NCBI GenBank assembly: GCA_000092065.1
Contig: CP000582.1
Strand: one strand, 5' to 3'
DNA length: 64,000 nt
From: Ostreococcus lucimarinus
Taxonomy: Eukaryota
Part shown: positions 36,891 to 46,430 of the stretch, piece after piece
How the letters are laid out: every line of letters starts with the position of its first letter
Numbering within the stretch: the first letter of the stretch is position 1
Made by a program: the position numbers and the translations under genes
Notes under the pieces: model-generated
Databases searched by the model: none
Told to the model about the DNA's origin: nothing
The model's input: the letters and a program-made list of their open reading frames with translations, nothing else

Positions 36891-38165
36891 CTAGTGCTTT
36901 CTACTCATCCAAGCCGTGTACTTGTGCTCGACGACATTTACGAGAGGTTCGAGCTTTACGAGCGCGTTCGACTCCGTCGGTCCGACTACCTCAACAACGC
37001 CACAACGTCCGAAATGCTGCGCCAGACTCAAGCCGCTGAGACAATAACACGTGTGATAGTGATCTCGACCCGTTCCAGGCTTGTCGCGCAACCCGCCCGC
37101 ACCCTGTTCGGATTGGCAACAATCCAGAATCCACCCTTGCAGGGCGCCGTTCGCAAACGGAGCCGGCGCAGGGATCGACGACGGAAACTCTGCGGGCGTA
37201 AACAAAGTCGCCGCACACGCACCCATGGGACGAGCATTGAATGCGAAATCTCTTGGATCGATTTGAGAGCCTTCTGGTGTCACCACGTGTCGGCTTTGGT
37301 GAATAAACTGTTCGAGAAGGTGCGAGTTCGCGAGGGCCAACAGCGGAAAGCAACCACCTTGCCAGAACGAATAGCACCCATCAACGAGTTTGTTCGTTCG
37401 ACCATTAAACCCGCCCTCGATCTCTCCTTGCCTGTTCGCCAACCAGCGCTCGAGACTCGCTAGATCTAACGCCCCAATGTCGCCCGCCAACGCGCACGCC
37501 GCGAGCCCGCAAAACGTGTAACCGCCGTGCGCCTCCCCACGCGGCTCGCCACCGATACCACCCTCGTAACTCTGACAGCTCGCCACGAATGAGCTCACAC
37601 CACGCGTCAACTCTTCATCGAGGACTCCGCACAAGTGCGCGGTCGCCAACGCGGCGTAGCATCCTCGCGTATCGCTCTCGCCGCCTTCGTGCACGCGAAA
37701 GCCACCCGTGCGCGAATCCTTCAGAGACAACAAAAAAGCCCTCAAATCCGCCCCTACGATCGCCTCGCGCGCCTCATCGGTGCCGATCGTCACCAACGCG
37801 CACGTCGCCGCGTACGTCGTCGCGATGTGCGGCATCTGTCCCGGACCACCGCCGAAGCCAAAGCACGCGCGCTCGCCGCGTCGACTTCGGCAGCGCCTCA
37901 AAAACCGCACGACGTCCGACGCCAGCGCTTCATCGCGCTCGCGTAGGTCCACACCGAGGAGTGCGAGTCCGTGCACGCACCAGTACACGACCCACGCCCG
38001 CGAGGCGTCGAGCGAGGTGAAAGCGGTCGGGAGCGTTCTCAGGCCACCGAGCAAATACTCCACGTGTGCGTCCCTGGCGAGCGCGGACGCGCGATCGGGG
38101 CGCTCGTAGATGTCGCGCGCGATGTTTTCGAGGTTCAACACCGCCTCCGCGGATGCGGAGGTCAT
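36891..38165 (-). CDS. Protein prenyltransferase beta subunit (farnesyltransferase / GGTase-I beta, alpha-alpha toroid repeats)
   Basis: ATG at 38165. Prenyltransferase beta repeats are present: GGFGGGPGQMPHIATTYAA, GGFRVHEGGESDTRGCYAA, GGIGGEPRGEAHGGYTFCG, GGFNGRTNKLVDGCYSFWQG. The N-terminus (RAWVVYWCVHGLALLG) is typical of FTase-beta. Confidence 0.8.
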   Translation of the reverse strand: MTSASAEAVLNLENIARDIYERPDRASALARDAHVEYLLGGLRTLPTAFTSLDASRAWVVYWCVHGLALLGVDLRERDEALASDVVRFLRRCRSRRGERACFGFGGGPGQMPHIATTYAATCALVTIGTDEAREAIVGADLRAFLLSLKDSRTGGFRVHEGGESDTRGCYAALATAHLCGVLDEELTRGVSSFVASCQSYEGGIGGEPRGEAHGGYTFCGLAACALAGDIGALDLASLERWLANRQGEIEGGFNGRTNKLVDGCYSFWQGGCFPLLALANSHLLEQFIHQSRHVVTPEGSQIDPRDFAFNARPMGACAATLFTPAEFPSSIPAPAPFANGALQGWILDCCQSEQGAGGLRDKPGTGRDHYHTCYCLSGLSLAQHFGRCGVVEVVGPTESNALVKLEPLVNVVEHKYTAWMSRKH

Positions 38166-38310
38166 GTCGCTCGAGCGATCGCTCTAGGGAGGCGAACTGT
38201 GGCGGCGGGACGCGGCGTACCAACCAACTCGTGCTAGAAATTAAATAAGCTATTACGCGTCGAGCAACGCGCGACAACGGACGCGAACGAAGTGTTACCG
38301 TGGGTGCGAC

Positions 38311-39258
38311 TCACAGTGGCTCAAGCAAGCGCTTCATCCACTCCACGCTCACGAACCGCACCATGTTGAGCGGTACCTGCCGAGCGGTGGTCGGGACGAG
38401 CCCCTTGTACACGGCGAACACGCCCTCGCGTCTGACCGTCTTCGCGATGCAATCTAACGTCCCAGAATACGGCATTTTACCGTGTTCGTCGGCTTTCATG
38501 CTCATCAAGCGCGACTTGGCGAGATCGATCGGGTTCGACGTCAGCGCGGCGACGACGCCGGCGCCAAACGACGCCCCGGTTTGCGCCAACAATCCATCGT
38601 TTAACGACGTGTGCTCGACGATGTAATGCTTGGCTTGATCGTACACCGCCATCTGACTCGCCGTGACGATCATCGCTCGATTCACCGTCGGCGCGCACCC
38701 TCGCCAGAGCGCTCCGACGCCTTCCTCTCTCGCCACTCGCATCAACGCGTCGGCGCCGTTGCGATAATTCCTTCGCAACTCCACCGGCAACCGTCCATCG
38801 GCCTGCATCCGCACCATGGCTAAGTCCGCTGGATTTCCAACCGCCGCGCCGATCGCGCCCGCGCCGATCCCACACATCGTCATCTTCCAAAACGGCAACT
38901 TTTCGTCGCCTTCGCTTCGCAGCGCCGCCTTGAGCGCGTCGTACGCCCCGAACTTGGTCCCTATGAACGACGCCTGTCGCATCAGCGACGCCGTGAGCCC
39001 TTTGTAAAGTCCGAGCGCACCTTCCACTCGCAGGACGTGCGCGAACGTGGACACCATCCCCGGCGCGCGCGTCGAGGCGCGCGAAGATGCGGCGGCCGCC
39101 GCTTTATCCACCTCGCCTCTGAGCTGCATGCGAACTTTGACGAGGTCTATCGGGTGCGTCACCGCGCCCGACGCCATGGCGCCCAAAGAGCCGCTCGCGA
39201 AGCCTTTCCACGCGGCGGGGCCGGAGGGCTGAGACAGTCCCGCGGCGTTTGTGCTCAT
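38311..39258 (-). CDS. Mitochondrial carrier family protein (dicarboxylate/2-oxoglutarate/UCP-like subfamily)
   Basis: ATG at 39258. It has three tandem carrier repeats with PIDLVKVRMQ, PADLAMVRMQ and NPIDLAKSRLM signature motifs and six predicted TM helices. Confidence 0.85.
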   Translation of the reverse strand: MSTNAAGLSQPSGPAAWKGFASGSLGAMASGAVTHPIDLVKVRMQLRGEVDKAAAAASSRASTRAPGMVSTFAHVLRVEGALGLYKGLTASLMRQASFIGTKFGAYDALKAALRSEGDEKLPFWKMTMCGIGAGAIGAAVGNPADLAMVRMQADGRLPVELRRNYRNGADALMRVAREEGVGALWRGCAPTVNRAMIVTASQMAVYDQAKHYIVEHTSLNDGLLAQTGASFGAGVVAALTSNPIDLAKSRLMSMKADEHGKMPYSGTLDCIAKTVRREGVFAVYKGLVPTTARQVPLNMVRFVSVEWMKRLLEPL

Positions 39259-39323
39259 CGCGCGTCGAAGTCTGGGACGGCTGAGGCGCGAGGCGCGAGT
39301 TACAAGGCAAACGTCGCCGCGGG

Positions 39324-40877
39324 CTAAGTCTTTCGTTCTATGGGCTTTTGATCGGCACCGCGGGCGTTCCAGAGTAATCCCTGCTTAACGGCGGCGAACC
39401 AATCGTTGTTTTCGCTGGCGTTGCACACGCTCGGGACGGGAAAACCGGCGACGCGCACGACGACGGCGTCGCCGCGGGCGAGCTCGGTTTGGAATTTGCC
39501 GTCGAACGCGGCCCAGGCGGTGTTGCGAGCGTCGCGCGGGCACGTGATGGTGACCACGACGGAGTCAGGCAGAACGATGGGGCGGAAAGAGAGGGAGTGC
39601 GGACAAATCGGGGTGACGCACAGCGCCGGTACGCCGGGATGCACCATGGAGCCGCCGGCGGCGAGCGAGTACGCCGTGCTCCCGGTGGGGGAGCTTAAAA
39701 TGACGCCATCAGCGGCGACTTTGGTGACGTGATAACCGTCGACTGCGATATCGAGCTCGACCATGACCGGCTTCGGACCGCGATCGATGAGAACTTCGTT
39801 TAGGACGTATCGCCACTGCGACGACACGCCTTCGGCTGAGACGACTTTAGCCACGAGTCGGCTTCGCATCGAGATCGTAAAATCTCCCTGCATCACGACA
39901 GCGAGTTTCTTCTCCATGTCATCCACCCTGTGCGACGTGAGAAATCCGAGCGAACCCATGGCGAAAGGCACCACGGGGGGCATCGCCTTCGGGAAATACT
40001 TTGATGCCCACAAAATCGTGCCGTCCCCGCCCAAGACGACGATGAAATCGATAATCTCATCCAGATGAAAGCTTGCATCGCCTGCATCCCAAGTCTGACA
40101 ATCACCCTGTAACTCGGCGAACTCATCCCACACCGCGCGTTCGAGCCAAGCGGTAACGCCCTTACTCTTCAGCACGCGCGTCGCGCGAATCATCATCTCC
40201 GCCGCCGCGGCGTCGTGAATCTTCTTCACCACAAGCGCATTCCTCGGCGCCTCGAGCCAGGAAAACTTACTGTGCGGCAAACCTTTCTGCTTCGTGCGGA
40301 TCTTTCTATCGAGCGGTTCCAGGACTTCCACTCCCTCGTCGTTCGCCAGCACCAACTCGAACGCCGCCTTGAGCGTCCCTCGCGCCTCCGCCGACGCCGA
40401 CGGCGGCGATTCGATCAACGACTGCGCGCTCGCCCGCCCTCGCCCACACGGCGGCTCTACGCCATCGTCCAATCCATCGCTATCGTCGTCGGCCTCGCCG
40501 CCGCCCGCGCTGCTCGTGAATCCTTCGCCTTGCTCGTCGCACTCGCGAACGACGAATTTGTGACTCTTCGTGCGGAAGCCAGCCAACCGCTTTTCCCTGG
40601 CGCTCGTCGTGAGCGACTCCGTGCTCTCGCTCCGGTGCACGCTGATTGGCTCGACGCCCTCGTCTTCGAAGCGCACGCCGCGCGCGCGCGACGACGGCGC
40701 CGAGGCGTCGACATCGGGACGATTACGCAGCGATTCGACCAAACGTTTGAGCTCGACGTTCTCGCGCTCGAGCGCGCGCGCGCGGTCCTCGGCGCGCGCG
40801 TCGTCGGCGTGGATAGTTTTTAGACGCTCGAGCGCGCGCTCGAGCGCGGGCACGTCGATCGGGTCGGCGCGGGACAT
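39324..40877 (-). CDS. NADK: NAD+ kinase with a long N-terminal coiled-coil/acidic extension
   Basis: It carries the GGDGTILWAS motif, NEVLIDRG, and DGVILSSPTGSTAYSLAAGGSMVHPGVPALCVTPICPHSLSFRP (NAD kinase core). The track start at 40976 is a TTG; the first ATG is 40877 (MSRADPIDV). Confidence 0.85.
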   Translation of the reverse strand: MSRADPIDVPALERALERLKTIHADDARAEDRARALERENVELKRLVESLRNRPDVDASAPSSRARGVRFEDEGVEPISVHRSESTESLTTSAREKRLAGFRTKSHKFVVRECDEQGEGFTSSAGGGEADDDSDGLDDGVEPPCGRGRASAQSLIESPPSASAEARGTLKAAFELVLANDEGVEVLEPLDRKIRTKQKGLPHSKFSWLEAPRNALVVKKIHDAAAAEMMIRATRVLKSKGVTAWLERAVWDEFAELQGDCQTWDAGDASFHLDEIIDFIVVLGGDGTILWASKYFPKAMPPVVPFAMGSLGFLTSHRVDDMEKKLAVVMQGDFTISMRSRLVAKVVSAEGVSSQWRYVLNEVLIDRGPKPVMVELDIAVDGYHVTKVAADGVILSSPTGSTAYSLAAGGSMVHPGVPALCVTPICPHSLSFRPIVLPDSVVVTITCPRDARNTAWAAFDGKFQTELARGDAVVVRVAGFPVPSVCNASENNDWFAAVKQGLLWNARGADQKPIERKT

Positions 40878-40997
40878 CGCGCGAGGCGCGCAGTGCGTTC
40901 GAAGCCGACCCGCCGCGCGCGCTCGCCAATCTTCATAAAACGAATGAAACGACCATCGTCTCGCATCACAATTCAAATCAATCGGCGTTCGTCGAGG

Positions 40998-41412
40998 CTA
41001 CAGCTCATCGTCCTCGTCGAAGGCGTTTCGACGACGATCAAAGTTAATTTTACCCACGCGTCCGCTCGCCGCGCCGCTCGCGCCGCCAGCCGCGTTTTCC
41101 AACATTCCAATCAACGCCTGTTCGCTCACCCTGCGCACGCGTCCCGCCCGCGCGGCGCGAAGTATGCTCTCCTCGAGCGCTCGCGCTTTTTCCGGCTTCA
41201 CGATCGCTATTCGGCTCAGTCGCTCTCTCGCCGCGGGTTCGAGCGCGCTCGCGAGCGCCGCGCCGCGTCGCGCCTCGTCCTCCCTCGCGCGCGCCTCCGC
41301 GTTCGCCGTCTCCTCCGCGTTCACGACGCCGTCGCCGTCCGCGTCCGCCTGTCGTCGTCGTCGTCGTCGTCGTCGTCAGTCTCGCGGTTTCGTCGTCGGC
41401 GTCCGTCGCGCG

Positions 41413-41445
<33 letters not shown>

Positions 41446-41559
41446 GTCAAAGTCGCGGTTTCGTCGTCGTCGTCGCGCGCGCGCGCCGTCGCGCGGGCTC
41501 GCGTCGCGTCGCGCGGGCTCGCGTCGCGTCGCGTCGCGCGCGCACCGTCCGAAGCGCCG
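40998..41559 (-). CDS. PDCD5: PDCD5/TFAR19-family dsDNA-binding protein; proposed two-exon model (exon 1 41536..41559; intron 41349..41535; exon 2 40998..41348)
   Basis: Exon 2 (…ARERLSRIAIVKPEKARALEESILRAARAGRVRRVSEQALIGMLE...KINFDRRRNAFDEDDEL) matches the PDCD5 core. The track ORF starts at GTG 41324 with no upstream in-frame ATG. An upstream ATG (41559, MDAAALRT) with GTGCGC donor, GAGACTGAC branch point and CAG acceptor at 41349 restores an ATG start. The exon-1 assignment is tentative. Confidence 0.5.
41351..41445. repeat. Two (GTC)9 trinucleotide arrays embedded in an approximately 68-bp direct tandem duplication
   Basis: 41351..41377 (gtc)9 followed by agtctcgcggtttcgtcgtcg...cgcgcgcgc. 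41419..41445 (gtc)9 followed by aaagtcgcggtttcgtcgtcg...cgcgcgcgc. This lies inside the proposed PDCD5 intron / upstream region. Confidence 0.7.
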
Positions 41560-42278
41560 CGGCGTCCATCGCGCGCGCCGTCGCGCGTCGCGCGGTGCCG
41601 CCGCACACGTCGACGCGCGCGCGATGGCTCGAGAGCAGAGGTGCGCGACGACGGCGCGCGCGACGGACGACGACGGCGCGAGGCGCGTCGAGGACGACCG
41701 CGCGATGGACGACCGCGGGTCGAGGACGCGGCGACGCGCGACGGACGCGCGACGGATGCGCGCGAGTTGTTTGAGTTGTTTGAGTTTTTGAGTTTCGACG
41801 CGACGACTGACGCGAGACGACGGACGCGCGCAGCGCGAACGACGAGGACGCGTCGACGAGCTTTTTCTTGGTGTCGCCGAGCGCGGTGGTGGGCGCGAGG
41901 AAGCGCGGGTCGGACGCGGCGTTCGGGACGAGGGACGGCGCGGACGCGCGCGACGGCGCGGAACGCGCGGGGAAGCGACGGAGGAGTTTGCGACTCGCGC
42001 GCGCGGCGCCGGCGCGGGCGAAGGATGATTGCGGCGATGCGCGCGCGAAGGGGACGGGCGCGGCGCGCGCGGTGCCGAAACCGCGAGTTTTGACGAAGGC
42101 GAACGCGAACGTTCCGGCGCCGAGAGGCGCGGCGACGAAAGTCGTCGGCGAGGTCGCGCCGGCGAAGAAATCGTTTCCGGCGCCGCGGTTGGATAAACTG
42201 CGGGGGACGTGAGTGTCGTGACGCGCTCGCCGCGCGGTCGGGTCCTCGAACGTCGCTGAGAAATAGTTACAAGCGTAC

Positions 42279-44267
42279 TCAAATAGATTCCGCGAAGCGG
42301 ACGACGTCGCGAACCGCGCCGCCGCGACACTGACTTCCAGAGCCGTCTAGCCCGTCGAAAGTTCGGGACCAGACGTCGTGCACGAACGCGCGCTCGCGCT
42401 CGAGCGCGAAGCGCGGCTCGCCGTGGACGCCGATGAGCCAAGGAAGGGGCTTTTCTCCGTTTTCTATGACGAATTCGAGCTCGAAGAATACCGGAGCGCC
42501 GACGGCGGCGTATCCGGCGTAATGCGAGTCTTGTATGACGTTCCGTTCTTCCCTGACGCGCGCGCGGAAAGCGCGCACGACGGTTTGACACTGCGCGATC
42601 ATAGTCTTTGAAATGTCGTCCAATCCAAGCAAGCGCGCGCACAAGTCATCGATGTCGACTTCTCGCACCACGGCGGAGGCTTCGTCGCCGCTCAAGCCTC
42701 GATTTGTGAACTCGCGCAAGAACAGCTCGTCGTCGTATTCGTCACCCAAAATCACGCCATCGCCGTACTCGCGCACCGTGGAGTGCACTGACACGTATTG
42801 CGCGATGTACGCGACGTCGAAGCTCGGTTCGCGATCGGGAACGAACGCCGCGCGGACGCGTACCGAGCACTTTCGACCGAGCTCGTCCGTCACGCAGTCC
42901 TCGACGCGTCGCTGTGCGATGAGCCCACCTCGCGATCGTCGCGACGACGAGTCGATGATTTCCTCGCGAAAATACGCCAGCGTCCCGATGCGATTCTTGC
43001 GCTGTTTGAAAAGGCCTGGAAATTTCACGTGCTCGCCTTTGAGAACGTAGAGACGATTCGCGTCGCCAGAGCTCAAGTTTTCATCGATGTTCTCACTCGT
43101 GACCAACGTGGGCGATGAGACCGCGCCAGTGCCGTCGTACTGCGCGATAGCCTCGTGCGCTCGCGTTTTCGATGTCAGGAGTTCGTGCCAATGAGCGCCG
43201 TGGCTCACACTGTTGAACATGTCGAGCGAAGCGAAGAGGGAATCTTCGCCGCGCTCGGCTTCTGCGACCGACTCGCGCGCATTCCGCCACATTTCGCGGT
43301 ACGCCTCCACACTCTCATCGTCTCCACCATCGCACGCTAAGCGTGCGAGCGGATATACCGCCATGATTCCCGCGCCCGCGTGGAGCGCTTGCGTGTACAA
43401 ACTCGTCGGCTCGGCGGCGTAGCCGTTGAGATGCAGCGCGTGCGCGAGCGTGAACAACAACAGCGGATGCTTACCCGGTCTCACGAACTTACCCTCGGGA
43501 CCTCCTGATTTAGCCAACCGCATGAGTTTCACCGCACTCGCGATCGCGCCGAACTGCACGCACATCAGTCGCGCCAGCGCGATCCACGCGTCTGGATAGT
43601 CAAACGCGACGTTGACGCACTTGGCGTACTCCTCCTCGGCGTGATTGTACAACCCCAGATCTTCGCACATTCGTCCCGCGAATACGTACGCGGCGACGCA
43701 ACTGGGCGTGTGCTCGTACGTCGATCGCACGCATGAGAGACCGCGCGCGACGTACCCCTGCGCGCGATACACCGCGCCCAGCTGCAGCGACGCCTCGTAG
43801 TACTCTGGTTCAATCGCCAACGCGCGCTCCACCTTTTCCGCGAACGCGACCGCGGCCGCCCGCGCGCGCGGCGCGCCCTCGGGCGCCACCATCGCGTTCC
43901 TCGCGTCCTCCATCAGCTCCACGACCCTCGGATCGCGATCGCGCGCCTCGGCCGCCGCCGTCATCGCGCGCACCTCGGCGTCTCGCTTCGCCTCGTCCAG
44001 CCCCTCCCGCGCGCTCGCCTCGGCGTCCTCGCGAAGCGCCGCCTCCACGTCGTCCAGCGCGCGACGCGCGTCGTTCACGTCATCGTCGTCGCGCTCGTCC
44101 TCGTCGCCGTCGCGCGCGCGATCCATCGCGTCCGCGCGCGCGCCCTCGATCGCCGCTCGAATCTTTTTCGCATCCTCGAGCACGACCCTCGCGTCGCGTC
44201 TTCGCGCCGTCTCCGCCGCGCGCCGTCGCGCCGTCGCGTACGACGTCGCGCGCTCGAATCCATACAT
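42279..44267 (-). CDS. Tubulin-tyrosine-ligase-like (TTL/TTLL ATP-grasp) protein with an N-terminal TPR-like/acidic region
   Basis: ATG at 44267. The C-terminal half has the TTL pattern (LYVLKGEHVKFPGLFKQ..., VRVRAAFV..., FELEFVIENGEKPLPWLIGVHGEPRFALE, compare the TTLL FELxGxDxxxD..PWLLEVN.sP motif). The N-terminal half holds helical TPR-like repeats and an acidic coiled-coil. Confidence 0.6.
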   Translation of the reverse strand: MYGFERATSYATARRRAAETARRRDARVVLEDAKKIRAAIEGARADAMDRARDGDEDERDDDDVNDARRALDDVEAALREDAEASAREGLDEAKRDAEVRAMTAAAEARDRDPRVVELMEDARNAMVAPEGAPRARAAAVAFAEKVERALAIEPEYYEASLQLGAVYRAQGYVARGLSCVRSTYEHTPSCVAAYVFAGRMCEDLGLYNHAEEEYAKCVNVAFDYPDAWIALARLMCVQFGAIASAVKLMRLAKSGGPEGKFVRPGKHPLLLFTLAHALHLNGYAAEPTSLYTQALHAGAGIMAVYPLARLACDGGDDESVEAYREMWRNARESVAEAERGEDSLFASLDMFNSVSHGAHWHELLTSKTRAHEAIAQYDGTGAVSSPTLVTSENIDENLSSGDANRLYVLKGEHVKFPGLFKQRKNRIGTLAYFREEIIDSSSRRSRGGLIAQRRVEDCVTDELGRKCSVRVRAAFVPDREPSFDVAYIAQYVSVHSTVREYGDGVILGDEYDDELFLREFTNRGLSGDEASAVVREVDIDDLCARLLGLDDISKTMIAQCQTVVRAFRARVREERNVIQDSHYAGYAAVGAPVFFELEFVIENGEKPLPWLIGVHGEPRFALERERAFVHDVWSRTFDGLDGSGSQCRGGAVRDVVRFAESI

Positions 44268-44417
44268 GCGTTCGATCGCGCGCGCGCGCGACGCGTCGTC
44301 GTCTCGCGCGTCGGTCGCGCGGTTTCCGCGCGCCGCGTGCGTTTTCGAAAAAGCGTTTTTTCGACGATTCGACTCGGCGCGCGGTCAAACCGCGACGCCG
44401 CGTCGTTCGCGCGCTCG

Positions 44418-45164
44418 ATGCGCGCGCTCGTCGGCGGCGCGGACTGCGCGCGCGCGGGCGTCGCGATCGTCCTCGGCGGATTCGCGCGCGATCGCGCGTG
44501 GCGCGACGTCGCGCGCGACGACGACGGCGCGCGATCGTCGCGCGCCGTCGTCGACGATGATTTCGACGACGACGACGCGCGCGCGACGGCGACGGCGACG
44601 CCGACGCTCGGCGCGGCGCGCGACGGCGACGACGCCTTCGTCGCGCTGAACGCGCGCGTCGACCGCGCGGACGCGGCGCGCGTCGCGCTGGAGGCGATCG
44701 ACGCGCTGGACGCGCTCGCGGGCGACGACGCGCTGGACGAGGCGTGCTTCGTCGTGGCGGTGCGCGACGACGCGCTCGAGCGGGACGCGCGCGAGGTGGA
44801 CGACGCGGAGGCGTTTCTCGCGTTCGAAGACGCGCGAAACGGCGCGCGGGCGTCGCGAGCGGAGGGGATCGTGGCGAGGGCGCTCGGCGCGCGAGGGCTC
44901 GACGCGCGAGACGGCGGCGCGCTGGCGACGACGCTGCGGGCGTTGGAGGCGCGCGGGACGAAGACGAGGGTGCTGTACGCGCCGGCACACGAGGCGGGGA
45001 AGTTCGACGCGGACGGCGGGCGAGCGGCGATGGCGGTGAGGCATCGGTTGGGGCGGGCGGTGGAGGCGAGCGCGTTCGCGACGGCGCGCGCGTACGACGA
45101 GGACGCGGCGGCGAGATTGACGCCGGCAGCGGCGGCGAACGAGCGCGAGTCCCTGTACGTGTGA
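44418..45164 (+). CDS. Hypothetical Ala/Asp-rich protein
   Basis: The track ORF starts at a GTG (44337); the first ATG is 44418. Its composition (A/D/E/G-rich rather than R/S/P-rich) matches the coding-strand bias seen in verified genes here. I see no recognizable family. Confidence 0.3.
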   Translation: MRALVGGADCARAGVAIVLGGFARDRAWRDVARDDDGARSSRAVVDDDFDDDDARATATATPTLGAARDGDDAFVALNARVDRADAARVALEAIDALDALAGDDALDEACFVVAVRDDALERDAREVDDAEAFLAFEDARNGARASRAEGIVARALGARGLDARDGGALATTLRALEARGTKTRVLYAPAHEAGKFDADGGRAAMAVRHRLGRAVEASAFATARAYDEDAAARLTPAAAANERESLYV

Positions 45165-45216
45165 TGGCGCGCTAAACTGAACGGTATTGTAATATTAAAT
45201 CGACGAACGCGTTCGC

Positions 45217-46302
45217 TCACGCGGACGGTGGCGGCGGCGGCGGCGGCGGCGGTCCGCGCGCCGGCGGCATCACGATGGTCGGTCGCCCTCGCGCGTCGTA
45301 TCGCACCGGCACGTACATCATCGGCTGCCCAGCGGCGGACGGTGGCGGCGGCGCGCCGCCGACGCCCATCTGTCCCATTGCCGCGCTCGGCGGCGGCGGT
45401 GGCGGTCGCGGAAGCCCGCGCATGCCGAACATACCGCCGCCGCCCATCGGCGACGGCTTGGCGCCGCCGCCGCGCGCGCCGGACGATCGCTTCTTTCCGT
45501 TCGCCTTTTTCCGCGCCGCTTTCGCCGCGGCTTCCTCTTCGTCGTCGCTGAACTCTTCCTCCTCGACCACTTCCTCGTCATCCTTACCGCTCGCGTCGTA
45601 CCCCTTCTTATACAACCTCGCGACGTTCGGAATCCTCCTCGACCGCCCGACGACGACGAACACCTCGTCCCCCGTCTCCGCCGTCACCTCCTCCGGCAAC
45701 CGCAGCGCGTACAGCGGCGCGCTCACCGGTCCAAACACCTCCTCGATCGCTCCCAACCCTCGCCGATCGCGCGTGCACAGCACGCTCTCCTCGTCCAGCG
45801 TCTCGTCGACGCCGTCCAGATCCGTCTCTCGCTCGCGCGTCGCGTCGCCCCTCCCGCTCTGCACCACCATCGTCCGTCCCACCACCGACACCACCCGTCC
45901 CACCGCCTCGATCGTCTCGTCGCTCCCGATCGCCGCCACCGGCGTCACCGCCCCGTCGTCGTTCGCGATCTCGTTCCGCGTCCTCGGCGGCGCGTCGCCG
46001 TCTTCGCCGTCCTCGTCGTCGTCGTCGTCGTCCCCCCCGTCGCGCGCGCGCGCCAACCACTTCGGCACGTCCCTCGCGCTCACGCTCTCGCACGACGTCG
46101 ACCCATCGTCTTCGTCGCTCTCGCTCGTCGTCCACGCGCTCGACGAGCTCGCGTCGTCGCGCCGTCGCGCCTCGTCGAACGCGAATTCCGGCACGCGCGC
46201 CTCGTCGCTCGCGTCGTCGCGTCGCGCGTCGCCCGTCGCGCGGGCCGCCGCCGCGGCGACGCGCACGTCGAGCGGCGCGCGTTCGAGCGCGCGCTCGAGC
46301 AT
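45217..46302 (-). CDS. NAF1: H/ACA snoRNP assembly factor NAF1-like (Gar1-homology domain, Pro-rich C-terminus)
   Basis: A Gar1/Naf1 beta-barrel region is present (VGRVVSVVGRTMVVQSGRG...VLCTRDRRGLGAIEEVFGPVSAPLYALRL). A poly-Pro/Gly tail follows. The track ORF runs to 47346 but that part is antisense to exportin; ATG 46302 (MLERALERAPL) is chosen. Confidence 0.7.
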   Translation of the reverse strand: MLERALERAPLDVRVAAAAARATGDARRDDASDEARVPEFAFDEARRRDDASSSSAWTTSESDEDDGSTSCESVSARDVPKWLARARDGGDDDDDDEDGEDGDAPPRTRNEIANDDGAVTPVAAIGSDETIEAVGRVVSVVGRTMVVQSGRGDATRERETDLDGVDETLDEESVLCTRDRRGLGAIEEVFGPVSAPLYALRLPEEVTAETGDEVFVVVGRSRRIPNVARLYKKGYDASGKDDEEVVEEEEFSDDEEEAAAKAARKKANGKKRSSGARGGGAKPSPMGGGGMFGMRGLPRPPPPPPSAAMGQMGVGGAPPPPSAAGQPMMYVPVRYDARGRPTIVMPPARGPPPPPPPPPSA

Positions 46303-46430
46303 CGCGCGCGCCGTCGCGGCGCGACGACGCGAAGTGCGGCGCTCGATCGAGTCGTTGCGGGACGTCGCGACGACCGCCGGCACACGCGCGCGCGCTCGCG
46401 ATCGCGACGACGCGACGGCGCGACGACGCG
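46303..46430. promoter_or_regulatory. Putative short bidirectional promoter (NAF1 minus / XPO1 plus)
   Basis: 128 bp lie between divergent ATGs 46302 and 46431. It is an inference from gene arrangement only. Confidence 0.2.

Noticed and set aside
41868-42212. 114-aa plus-strand ORF between the PDCD5 and TTL-like genes
   Set aside because: It starts with TTG/GTG and is Ala/Arg-rich low complexity with no domain. It is likely non-coding 5' or promoter sequence.
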